Shown piece by piece: positions 17,307 through 25,978 of a DNA stretch of 28,069 nucleotides; the first letter of the stretch is position 1, and every line of letters begins with the position of its first letter. The notes under the pieces were generated by a model. It was given only the letters and a program-made list of their open reading frames with translations, was not told the origin of the DNA and made no database searches. A program made the position numbers and the translations under genes. This DNA is from an uncultured bacterium (GTDB taxonomy: Bacteria; Lernaellota; Lernaellaia; Lernaellales; Lernaellaceae): the NCBI GenBank assembly GCA_964534375.1, contig CAZHPN010000067.1:1-28069 (forward strand). The letters are read 5' to 3'.

Positions 17307-19316
17307 GTGCGCGAGATGACGGCGAGCCTCGTCGAAGCCGCGTTGGCGCCGCGAAACGAGCGCGTGCGGGAAATTTGCCTGTGGGTCTTGCTGGGCGCGC
17401 TGGGCCTGTTCGTTTACGCCGCGCGCTTCTTCTGCACCGCCTGGGATTTCGTCGCGGAGCAACCGGGCGCCGGTCAGGCCGGCACGGCGCTGCTCGACGG
17501 CCTGGCGGCGCCGATCTGGTATTACCAAAATGCGACGGCCACCTGCTCGGTTTTCTTCGGCATGCTGCTTTATCCGTTTTACGCCGTTTTCGGTTCCTCG
17601 TTTCTCGTGCTGAAGCTCGTCAGCGCGGCGATGGTTGTCGGCGGCGCGGTTTTCTGGACGCTCGCGCTGCGGCGCGCGTGGGGCCTGACGGCCGCGGCGA
17701 TTTTTTTCCTGTGCCTGGTTTTTCCGCCGCCGTTTCTGGATTGGCATTTTCACCAATCATGGGGCGGGCGTAGCGAAAGCCTGCTGTTTTCGGGGCTCCT
17801 CGTCTATCTGTTCGTGCGGCTGGGCGACGCGCCGCCGAGCTTTCTCGCTTCGCTGATCCTCGGCCTGATCGCCGGATTTGCCTCGTTTTTCTGTTTCGAA
17901 AATTTGGCCGTCGCGGCGGCGCTGGCGCTGGCCACGATCTGGCGGTGGGGACGCGCCGGGCTTCACCGTCTGCTCTGGCCGGCGGCGTTCGGCTTCGCGG
18001 GCACAATGTCGCTGACGTTCTTCGCCGTGGCTTTGCCGCCCGCCGTCGCCGACCCCACGCAATACGCGCGCGCCGGGCTGGCCGCCGCCGTCTGGCGCGG
18101 CTGGCTCGATTTGTTCGGCCGGTGGCTGCCGACGTTCGCCGGATATCGCGGCGCCGCGGGCCGCTGGCTGTCAGCGGGCTGGAGCGCGCTCGCCGCGCCC
18201 GGCCTGCTCGTCGCCGCGTGGTGCGGCGTTCGCGAACAAGCGCGCCCGTCGGCGAAAAGCGCGCTGGCCGTGTTCGCGGTCGGCCATGTGTTCTGTTTCG
18301 CGGCGGCCTACGGCTTGTCGCCGCAGAAAATTCCGCTGCGGTCGGTCAACGGGCCGTTTTTCGAAATGCGATATCTCTACACGCTCGCGCCGACCCTGCT
18401 CGCCTTGAGCGCGTTCTTTCTGATGCGCCTGCGCGGCGGCTGGAAATGGCTGCTGCTCCTGCCGTTCCTCGCCGGCGGTTTCGCCAACGTCCGCACGGGC
18501 GGCGCCTTCACGCTGCGCGACTTCACGGGGGGCGCGGCGGCGATAGACGCACGGCGCGGCGATAACTATTACGTCTGGATTCGCAGCGGTTTGTCGGACA
18601 GTTGGCGCGACACGCCGCACGCGCTGGCCTCCGTCGCGAAGCTGCCGCGGCGCTGGCGCGCCGTCGGGCGCCGCCAACTCGGGCGGTGGCTGCGGCCGCT
18701 TTCGGGTTTGGAATTGCTCAGCGACAACCGCCAGTTGTCGCCCGACGCGCGGCGGGAGATCGCGATCGGCGTGGGATCGCGTCTGGTCGACGATCTCGCG
18801 AAACATGCCCGGCAAGTCGGCCTCGTCGCGGAACCGGCGAACGTTTTCACCTTGCTGCGAAAGTTGGATCGCGACAGCGCCACCGGGATCGCGATCGGGC
18901 TGGGCCTGGTCATGGCCGCCGCGCCGGAGCCCGCCAACAACGAATTCTTCGCGGGTTTCGTCCCGTTTGTGTGTTCCGCCTTGCGCCAATTGAACGACCG
19001 CGAGTGCCGGCTCGCCGCCGTGTACGGCGATGGCGCGCGGCGTTTGGCAGCGATTCCCCCGACGGATCCGAGCGCGATCGCGCAAACGATCTCGCGCTGC
19101 GGACTGGCGGCGGCGGGCGTCGGCCCCGCGGAGGCGCTGGCGGCGTTTCGGCAGGGATACGCGGAAACGCTCGCGTTCGAACTCGCCTCGACGTACCGCC
19201 GCGTCGGCATCGCCGGCGATCTCGAACCGGAATTGCGCGAGGCCTTCGCGCGCATGGGGATCAGCCTGCGGCCGACGGACAAAACGCACGATTACGATCT
19301 GGAGATCCTGCCGTAA
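17307..19316 (+). CDS. polytopic membrane protein, paralog of 12410..14431 (probable GT-C fold)
   Basis: Colinear similarity to the minus-strand copy (WTLxLRxAWG, PPP, GLxAGFASFFCxxNL, RY, LPRRWR..GRWL.P). Start is GTG 17307 behind AAGGA. ATG 17277 and 17316 are alternatives. Confidence 0.7.
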   Translation: MREMTASLVEAALAPRNERVREICLWVLLGALGLFVYAARFFCTAWDFVAEQPGAGQAGTALLDGLAAPIWYYQNATATCSVFFGMLLYPFYAVFGSSFLVLKLVSAAMVVGGAVFWTLALRRAWGLTAAAIFFLCLVFPPPFLDWHFHQSWGGRSESLLFSGLLVYLFVRLGDAPPSFLASLILGLIAGFASFFCFENLAVAAALALATIWRWGRAGLHRLLWPAAFGFAGTMSLTFFAVALPPAVADPTQYARAGLAAAVWRGWLDLFGRWLPTFAGYRGAAGRWLSAGWSALAAPGLLVAAWCGVREQARPSAKSALAVFAVGHVFCFAAAYGLSPQKIPLRSVNGPFFEMRYLYTLAPTLLALSAFFLMRLRGGWKWLLLLPFLAGGFANVRTGGAFTLRDFTGGAAAIDARRGDNYYVWIRSGLSDSWRDTPHALASVAKLPRRWRAVGRRQLGRWLRPLSGLELLSDNRQLSPDARREIAIGVGSRLVDDLAKHARQVGLVAEPANVFTLLRKLDRDSATGIAIGLGLVMAAAPEPANNEFFAGFVPFVCSALRQLNDRECRLAAVYGDGARRLAAIPPTDPSAIAQTISRCGLAAAGVGPAEALAAFRQGYAETLAFELASTYRRVGIAGDLEPELREAFARMGISLRPTDKTHDYDLEILP

Positions 19317-19376
19317 ACGACGCAAATTTGCGCCCGGCCGCATGTCGCTTTATCTTCCGGTAAAGGAAGGTCAAGT

Positions 19377-20537
19377 TTGCGTCGCAGTTTTCCTTTTTTG
19401 TTGTTGGTCTTTGTCGCGAATGGTGTCGTTGCGGCGCCGGCGTTCGCCAAGATCATCGCCGGTCCGGGCGTCGTGCTGGCCGGGCCCGGGCGCATGGCCA
19501 TCGTCTGGCAGGCGGACGACCGACGGGGCGAGGTCTTTTGGGGCGCCGATCCGAAAACTCTCTCGCGGACCGTCGACGTTTCGGCCGACGAGCACGACAT
19601 TTTCCGCGCCATTCTGGCCGGCCTCCAGCCGCGGACGAAATATTATTACCGCGTGAAATCGGGCCGCGCGTTCGACGTTCCCGGCAGCTTTGTGTCGCCC
19701 GGCGGGCCGGACGACTCGTTTGTGTTCGTCGCCTACGGCGACAGTCGCGCGCGGCCGCGCAAACACGCCAAGGTCGCCGCCGCGATGCTGCGGGAGGACC
19801 CGGCGCTCGTGCTGCACACGGGCGACCAGGTCAACATCAGCCTGACCGTCTTTTGGCGGGAGTTTTTCGAATCGGCCGGGCCGTTGCTGCACCGCGCGCC
19901 GGTGCTGCCGACGAAAGGCAATCACGAGTCGCTGGCCACCCCGGCGCTCGAACGGCCGTATTTCGATTGGTTTTTTCACGAGCCGGAGCGCGCGCCGGAG
20001 TGGGCCTCGCGCCGCGTCGTCCGCTACGACGGGGTTTGCTTCATTGTGCTCGACACGACGCAGCCGTGCGACGCCGGCACGCCGCAATACGCCTGGCTGC
20101 AGGCGCAGTTGGCGCTGGCCGCGACGGCGCCGGACGTGAAGTTCCGCATCGTCGAGTCGCATTTTCCGCCGTATTCGATCAGCACGCATCGCAACTCGGC
20201 CGACGTGCTGCGGTATCGCAAGGCGGCGGCGCCGCTGTTCACGGCGTACGGCGTCGATCTCGTGCTGTCGGGCCACGACCACAATTACCAGCGCGCGGTC
20301 ATCGACGGCGTGACCTATGTGGTGCTCGGCGGCGGCGGCGCGAATCTCGACCGCGGCTTCAAGCCGCAGCCGTGGACGAAGGCGTTCCGGTCCGCCTTGA
20401 GCTACTTGCGCGTCGATGTTTCGCCGACGCAATTGCGCGCCGTCGCCAAAGAACCGGACGGCGTCGTGTTCGACCGCTTCACGATCGACGCCAGAAATAA
20501 CGGTCGCGGCGCGGCGCCGGCGCCGCACGCCAACTGA
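19377..20537 (+). CDS. secreted metallophosphoesterase, purple-acid-phosphatase-like (FN3-like N-domain plus calcineurin-like domain), copy 1
   Basis: Signal peptide ending AFA, LAGLQPRTKYYYRV, GDSR, HTGD, GNHE, H.PPYS and SGHDHNY. TTG start behind AAGGAAGG. Confidence 0.9.
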   Translation: MRRSFPFLLLVFVANGVVAAPAFAKIIAGPGVVLAGPGRMAIVWQADDRRGEVFWGADPKTLSRTVDVSADEHDIFRAILAGLQPRTKYYYRVKSGRAFDVPGSFVSPGGPDDSFVFVAYGDSRARPRKHAKVAAAMLREDPALVLHTGDQVNISLTVFWREFFESAGPLLHRAPVLPTKGNHESLATPALERPYFDWFFHEPERAPEWASRRVVRYDGVCFIVLDTTQPCDAGTPQYAWLQAQLALAATAPDVKFRIVESHFPPYSISTHRNSADVLRYRKAAAPLFTAYGVDLVLSGHDHNYQRAVIDGVTYVVLGGGGANLDRGFKPQPWTKAFRSALSYLRVDVSPTQLRAVAKEPDGVVFDRFTIDARNNGRGAAPAPHAN

Positions 20538-20549
20538 CAAGGGGTTTGC

Positions 20550-21689
20550 ATGCGTCGAATTCTGTTGCTGAGCGTCGTGTTGGCGGCGACGCTTTGGGGG
20601 GCTGCCGTTTCGCCCGCGGCCAAGCTGGCCGCGGGGCCGTGGGCGGTTCCCGCGGACGATCATAGCGTGGCGATCGCCTGGGAGGCCGGCGAAAAAACCG
20701 GCGAAGTGCAATGGGGCACGGAACCGGCCCATCTCGATCGCGTCGCCCCCGCGTCGGCCTTCGCCGAGCACTTTTTTCGCGCCGTGCTCCGCAATCTCGC
20801 CCCGGGCGCGAAAATCTACTACCGCGTGAAGGCCGGCGACACGCTCGACGCGCCCGCCGAATTCGCCGCGCCCGGCGGCCCCGGCGATTCGTTCGTGTTC
20901 GCCGGGTACGGCGACAGCCGGTCGAACCCGGATCGGCACGCCAAGGTGATCGCCGCCCTGCTCCGCGAAGACCCGGTCCTGGTCGTGCACACCGGCGACT
21001 TTGTCTTGGCCAGCCGGCCGCTGCTGTGGCGGGAATATTTCGCCACGGCGGATCCGCTGCTGCGCCGTTCCCTCTTGCTGCCAAGCAAAGGGAATCACGA
21101 GGCCTTCGGCGCGCTGGGCGGCGGCGACCCCGATTTCAATACGTTGTTCCAGATTCCCGGCCTGCCGCCGGAGAATACGTCGCGCCGCGTCGTCCAATAC
21201 AACGGCGTGCGGTTCATCGTCTTGGACACGACCCTGCCGTGCGACGCGGACACGCCGCAATACACGTGGCTGAAAGAACAATTGGCGGCGGCCGCCTCGG
21301 CGCCGGATGTCAAGTTTCTCGTGGCGACGGAGCATTACGCGCCGTATTCGATCAGCACCCACGGCAAGGACGCGAACGTCCTGCGTTTCCGCGCCGCGGC
21401 GGCGCCGTTGTTCAAGGCGTACGGCGTCGATCTGGTGCTTTCGGGGCACGATCACAATTACCAGCACGCGCTCGTCGACGGCGTGCATTATCTCGTCCTC
21501 GGCGGCGGAGGCGCACCGGCTTATTCGGATTTCGATCGCCAGCCGTGGACCGTGTGCTATCGCGACTCCTTGAATTACGTGCGCGTCGAGGCGTCGCCGG
21601 CGCACTTGCACCTGACGGCCAAAGACCCCGACGGGAACATTATCGACCAGTTCCTGATCGAAGCGCGCGAACGCCGCGCAACGCCGTAG
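20550..21689 (+). CDS. secreted metallophosphoesterase, purple-acid-phosphatase-like, copy 2
   Basis: Signal peptide, LRNLAPGAKIYYRV, GDSR, HTGD, GNHE and SGHDHNY. Starts 12 bp after copy 1 and is clearly paralogous. Confidence 0.9.
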   Translation: MRRILLLSVVLAATLWGAAVSPAAKLAAGPWAVPADDHSVAIAWEAGEKTGEVQWGTEPAHLDRVAPASAFAEHFFRAVLRNLAPGAKIYYRVKAGDTLDAPAEFAAPGGPGDSFVFAGYGDSRSNPDRHAKVIAALLREDPVLVVHTGDFVLASRPLLWREYFATADPLLRRSLLLPSKGNHEAFGALGGGDPDFNTLFQIPGLPPENTSRRVVQYNGVRFIVLDTTLPCDADTPQYTWLKEQLAAAASAPDVKFLVATEHYAPYSISTHGKDANVLRFRAAAAPLFKAYGVDLVLSGHDHNYQHALVDGVHYLVLGGGGAPAYSDFDRQPWTVCYRDSLNYVRVEASPAHLHLTAKDPDGNIIDQFLIEARERRATP

Positions 21690-21702
21690 GCGGCGCCGGT
21701 TT

Positions 21703-21731
21703 TTGCTTTTCCGGCGCGCGGTGTTTATTTT
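21703..21731 (+). promoter_or_regulatory. possible sigma70-type promoter of alkB
   Basis: TTGCTT-N17-TATTTT. It overlaps a GCGCCGG/CCGGCGC hairpin (21693-21717) that could instead terminate the phosphoesterase transcript. Confidence 0.35.
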
Positions 21732-21774
21732 TTGTCAACGTTAACCGGACCGGTCTCAACCTACAGGAAACGCC

Positions 21775-22848
21775 ATGCAAACCCTGCCTTTCTATCTGAT
21801 CTATCTCGCTCCGCTGTCGATTCTGCTTGGCTATCGAATGGGCGGCGGGTGGAACTTCCTGACCGCGCTGGTCGTTTTTGTGAACGTGCCGCTCATCGAC
21901 TGGCTGGTCGGCGCGGATACGCGGAACCCGACCCAGGCGGAAGAAGACGCCATCGCCGACTCGTTTTGGTACAAGCTTCCGACCTGGTTGGCGGCGCCGA
22001 CGCAAGTCGCGATCATGATCTGGGGGGCCTTCGTCGTGACGCATCGGCCGCTGACGCCGGTCGAACTGGCCGGCCTGGTCAGCAGCATCGGTCTCATGGG
22101 CGGCGCGATGGGCATCAACGTCGCGCACGAACTGGTGCATCGCCAGAACGGTTGGGAGAATTTTCTCGGCAAGTCGATGCTCTGGTCGGTGTCTTATCTG
22201 CATTGGGCGATCGAGCACGTGGCCGGCCATCACCGCACGGTCGCGACGCCGGACGACCCGGCGACGGCGCTCTTCGGGCAATCGTTTTACCGTTTCTGGC
22301 CGCGAACCGTTTTCGGCGGCATGCGCAGCTCGTGGGGCATCGAAAAAGCGCGGCTGGAATACAAGAAGGCCGGGCTGTGGAGCCCGTCCAACCGCATCCT
22401 GCGGTACGCGGTTCTCACGGCCGCGCTCGTCGTCGGTTTGATCTGGTTCTGGGGCTGGTGGACCCTGCCCTATTTCATCGTGCAAAGCATTATCGCCAGT
22501 TGGCTGCTCGAGGTCGTCAATTACCTAGAACACTATGGCCTGCTGCGCCGGCGCCAACCCGACGGCTCGTACGAACGCGTCGAACCGCGGCACGCCTGGA
22601 ACAACAGCAACCTGATCACCAATCTGTTTTTGTTCAATCTGCAACGGCATTCCGATCATCACCACAAGCCGGCGCGCCGTTATCAGATTCTGCGCCACGT
22701 GGAAGAAGCGCCGCAGTTGCCGCTCGGCTACGCCGGCATGCTGCTGCTGGCGATGGTTCCGCCGCTATGGTTCCGCGTCATGGATCCGCGCGTGCCCGAG
22801 GAGATGAAAGAGATCTACCGGCAACAGGTCGCCGGCTCGCCCGTTTGA
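21775..22848 (+). CDS. alkB: alkane 1-monooxygenase (membrane di-iron hydroxylase, AlkB family)
   Basis: All four AlkB histidine motifs: HELVH, EHVAGHH, NYLEHYGL and LQRHSDHH. Also VATPDDPATA and APQLPLGY. Confidence 0.9.
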   Translation: MQTLPFYLIYLAPLSILLGYRMGGGWNFLTALVVFVNVPLIDWLVGADTRNPTQAEEDAIADSFWYKLPTWLAAPTQVAIMIWGAFVVTHRPLTPVELAGLVSSIGLMGGAMGINVAHELVHRQNGWENFLGKSMLWSVSYLHWAIEHVAGHHRTVATPDDPATALFGQSFYRFWPRTVFGGMRSSWGIEKARLEYKKAGLWSPSNRILRYAVLTAALVVGLIWFWGWWTLPYFIVQSIIASWLLEVVNYLEHYGLLRRRQPDGSYERVEPRHAWNNSNLITNLFLFNLQRHSDHHHKPARRYQILRHVEEAPQLPLGYAGMLLLAMVPPLWFRVMDPRVPEEMKEIYRQQVAGSPV

Positions 22849-22877
22849 TAATCCGCCGGGGGCCGCCGCCGTGGCCG

Positions 22878-23939
22878 TCAGCCGCCGTAGTGCAGAATCG
22901 CGCCGGGCACGCCGACCGCGAACACGTTCGCAGCCGAACTGCCCCAAACGCCGAACAGATTGTCGTTCGGAAAATTCGCCATCGGCGACCACGTGGAACC
23001 ATCGGAATGCCAGATTAAGCCGACATCCGTGGCTTCGTCCCATCCCACCACGAAAATGTCCGAGGCCGAGCTTCCCCAAACGCCCCACAAAACCGGCGTC
23101 GTCTCGTTGGTGACCGCCGACCACGACGAACCGTCGTATTGCAGAATCACGCCCGCCATGGTTGTGCCGTTGGCCCCCGCCGCGAACACGTTCGAAGCGG
23201 AACTTCCCCAAACGCCGTACAAACTCGCCGTCGTGCCGCTCGCCATCGACGACCACGAGGAACCGTCATAGTGCAATATGACGCCCGTGGTCGGCACGTT
23301 TTCGGATCCGACGACGAAAACGTCCGAGGCGGAGGTTCCCCAAACGCCGTACAACCCCGCCGTTGTGCCGCTCGTCATCGTTGTCCACGACGACGCGTCA
23401 TAGTGGAAAATGGCGCCGCTGTTTCCCACGGCGAACACGTCCGAGCCGGAGCTTCCCCAAACGCCGTACAGTCCGGTTGTCGTCCCGCTCGTCATCGGCG
23501 ACCATGAGGCGCCGTCGTAGTGCAGAGTCACGCCGCCAATTGCGTCGCCGCCCGCGTCTTGTAGCACGCCTACGGCGAAGACGTCCGACGCGGCGTCGCC
23601 CCAAACGGCCGACAGCGTCGCCGTTGTCCCGCTCGTCATCGGCGACCACGACGAGCCGTCGAATTGCAAAATTGCGCCGGCGCTGCCCACGACGAGCACG
23701 TTCGTGGCGGAGGATCCCCACGCAAACAGCAGCATCGCGTTCGTGCCGCTCGACATCGCGGTCCACGAATCATCGTCATTATCGTCGTCGGCCGGCGACG
23801 TGTCGTCGTCGGCCGGCGAGGCGTCGTCATCGGGCGCCCGGGCGACGCCAACGGCCGCGCTGTTGGCGCTGCATCCCGTCAGGAAAGCGAGACCCAAGCC
23901 CAGCAACGCCGCAAGCGTCAAGAAATGACTGCTTTTCAT
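22878..23939 (-). CDS. lipoprotein with Asp-rich linker and seven W-G-S-S-type repeats (predicted 7-bladed beta-propeller)
   Basis: Start reassigned to ATG 23939 (GGGGAG RBS). MKSSHFLTLAALLGLGLAFLTG-C lipobox, DDDASPADDDTSPADDDNDDD linker, seven copies of SWxxMxSGTTxxLxGVWGSSASxVFxVG..G.ILHYDG. Confidence 0.88.
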   Translation of the reverse strand: MKSSHFLTLAALLGLGLAFLTGCSANSAAVGVARAPDDDASPADDDTSPADDDNDDDSWTAMSSGTNAMLLFAWGSSATNVLVVGSAGAILQFDGSSWSPMTSGTTATLSAVWGDAASDVFAVGVLQDAGGDAIGGVTLHYDGASWSPMTSGTTTGLYGVWGSSGSDVFAVGNSGAIFHYDASSWTTMTSGTTAGLYGVWGTSASDVFVVGSENVPTTGVILHYDGSSWSSMASGTTASLYGVWGSSASNVFAAGANGTTMAGVILQYDGSSWSAVTNETTPVLWGVWGSSASDIFVVGWDEATDVGLIWHSDGSTWSPMANFPNDNLFGVWGSSAANVFAVGVPGAILHYGG

Positions 23940-24125
23940 CGTCGTCTCCCCGCATCGATTCGGATATTGTTGTAGTTTCCACTGTACCTGCTGTCGGAAA
24001 GTGGGTGGCTTGGATAAGTAATATCTAACCCATCCGGCGAAGGCAAGGCCGGCCCGCGCTCGCGGCGTGACCGGTTCAACCGACGCGTTTCGCCGATGCG
24101 CCCGCACGTGCGGCTGCTGACCGAG

Positions 24126-24139
24126 TGAACGAGCATTCA
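24126..24139. promoter_or_regulatory. operator-like palindrome between the lipoprotein gene and the acyl-CoA synthetase
   Basis: TGAACG-AG-CATTCA, a 6-2-6 inverted repeat with one mismatch, in a divergent intergenic region. Confidence 0.4.
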
Positions 24140-24265
24140 TTGATGCCAGAATGACCGATATTGGATTGTTCAACTCAATTTTGTCCCATCTTGACTTATT
24201 CGCGGATATGGGAAGAATCGGGCGCGCGAAGAACGATGCAACTTTCTCAAGTTCAGGAGCCTCCG

Positions 24266-25978
24266 ATGACCGCACGACTTGCCAGCTACGACCACGGCTC
24301 AAGTGAATTTCCGCTCGTCTACACAACGGTCGGCGAGCTTTTCGACGCGACGGCGGAGAAATTCCCCGACACGGAATGCGTCGTTTCGGTCCACCAGGGC
24401 GCGCGCTTCACGTACCGCGAATTCCGCGAGATCACCGACAACTTGGCGAAGGGATTGCTGTCGCTCGGCGTCAGACGGGGCGATCGCGTCGGCGTGTGGT
24501 CGATCAACCGCTGGGAATGGATCGCCGTCCAGTTTGCGACGGCCAAGATCGGGGCCGTGCTGCTGAACGTCAATCCGGCCTACCGGACGCACGAGCTGCA
24601 ATACGTGCTGCAGCAATCCGGCGCGGCGACGATGATTCTCATGGACGCGTTCAAGTCGTCCGCCTACAAGAAGATGTTGTGCGAAATCTGCCCGGAGATT
24701 CCGCTCTCGCAGCCCGGCGATTTGCACGCGGCGAATTTGCCCGAGCTGCGCAACGTCGTGCTGATGGACGGCGCCGAACCGGGGACGTTCGGGCTTGCCG
24801 CGCTGATCGAAGCCGGGCGGCAGCGGCCCGACGACGAGTTGCGCGCGATCACCAGCGGCCTCGACCCGGATGACGAAATCAACATTCAATACACCTCGGG
24901 CACAACCGGCTTTCCCAAGGGCGTGACGCTCACGCATTTCAACGTCGGCAACAACGGCCGCCATATCGGCGACGTGATGCGGCTGACCGAACGCGACCGC
25001 ATGTGCGTGCCGGTGCCGTTTTATCACTGTTTCGGCATGGTGCTGTCGATTCTGGCGTGCGTCACTCACGGCGCGACGGTTGTCATTCCCGCGCCGGTGT
25101 TCGATCCCGAGGCGAACCTGCGCACGGTGGCCGCGGAGAAATGCACGGCGCTGCAAGGCGTGCCGACGATGTTCATCGCCGCGCTCAACTTGCCCACCAT
25201 CGCGAATTACGATCTGCACACGCTGCGCACGGGCATCATGGCCGGCGCGCCCTGCCCGATCGACACGATGCGCGAGGTCATTTCCAAGATGGGCATGACG
25301 GAATTCGTCATCGCCTTCGGGCAAACCGAATCGTCGCCGGTGACCACGATGACGCGCATCGAAGACGACCTCGAACACCGCGTCGCCACCGTCGGCCGCG
25401 TCATGCCGATGCAGGAAATCAAAGTGATCGACCCGGTGAGCGGCGAAACCGTGCCGCGCGGCGCGCAAGGCGAAATTTGCTTCCGCGGCTACAACGTCAT
25501 GCGGCGCTATTACAAAAACCCCGAGGCGACGGCCGAGACGATCGACGCCGCACGCTGGCTGCACAGCGGCGACCTCGGCGTGATGAACCCCGACGGCTAT
25601 CTCAAAATCACCGGCCGGCTCAAGGAAATGGTCATCCGCGGCGGCGAAAACCTCTATCCGCGCGAGATCGAAGAATTCCTGCGGCGGCATCCGCGCGTCA
25701 TGGACGTCTATGTGATCGGCGTGCCCGATGCGAAATACGGCGAAGAATTGATGGCCTGGGTCCTGCCGAAAAACGGCGACGAACTGACCGCCGAGCAACT
25801 TCGCGAATTCGCCAAGGGCAAGATCACGCATCACAAGATTCCGCGCTATTTCAAGTTCGTCAAGACCGCCGCCGACTTTCCGATGACGGTCACCGGCAAG
25901 ATTCAGAAGTTCAAGATGCGCGAGATCGCCGTCGCGGAACTCGGCCTCGAAGCGGCGGCGAAGATCAAAACCGCGTAA
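24266..25978 (+). CDS. AMP-binding acyl-CoA synthetase (fatty-acyl-CoA ligase-like)
   Basis: QYTSGTTGFPKG, FGQTESSP, SGDLG, GRLKEMVIRGGEN and TVTGKIQK. Start reassigned to ATG 24266 behind AGGAG. Confidence 0.95.
   Translation: MTARLASYDHGSSEFPLVYTTVGELFDATAEKFPDTECVVSVHQGARFTYREFREITDNLAKGLLSLGVRRGDRVGVWSINRWEWIAVQFATAKIGAVLLNVNPAYRTHELQYVLQQSGAATMILMDAFKSSAYKKMLCEICPEIPLSQPGDLHAANLPELRNVVLMDGAEPGTFGLAALIEAGRQRPDDELRAITSGLDPDDEINIQYTSGTTGFPKGVTLTHFNVGNNGRHIGDVMRLTERDRMCVPVPFYHCFGMVLSILACVTHGATVVIPAPVFDPEANLRTVAAEKCTALQGVPTMFIAALNLPTIANYDLHTLRTGIMAGAPCPIDTMREVISKMGMTEFVIAFGQTESSPVTTMTRIEDDLEHRVATVGRVMPMQEIKVIDPVSGETVPRGAQGEICFRGYNVMRRYYKNPEATAETIDAARWLHSGDLGVMNPDGYLKITGRLKEMVIRGGENLYPREIEEFLRRHPRVMDVYVIGVPDAKYGEELMAWVLPKNGDELTAEQLREFAKGKITHHKIPRYFKFVKTAADFPMTVTGKIQKFKMREIAVAELGLEAAAKIKTA

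Noticed and set aside
16539..17756. 405-aa minus-strand ORF and other Arg/Pro/Gly-rich alternate-frame ORFs
   Set aside because: It overlaps mntP in another frame and the GT-C paralog on the opposite strand. Its composition is that of out-of-frame GC-rich sequence.
23940..24326. N-terminal extensions of the lipoprotein ORF (to 24326) and the synthetase ORF (from 24161)
   Set aside because: The two extensions overlap each other. Strong RBSs precede ATG 23939 and ATG 24266, and the signal peptide begins at 23939.
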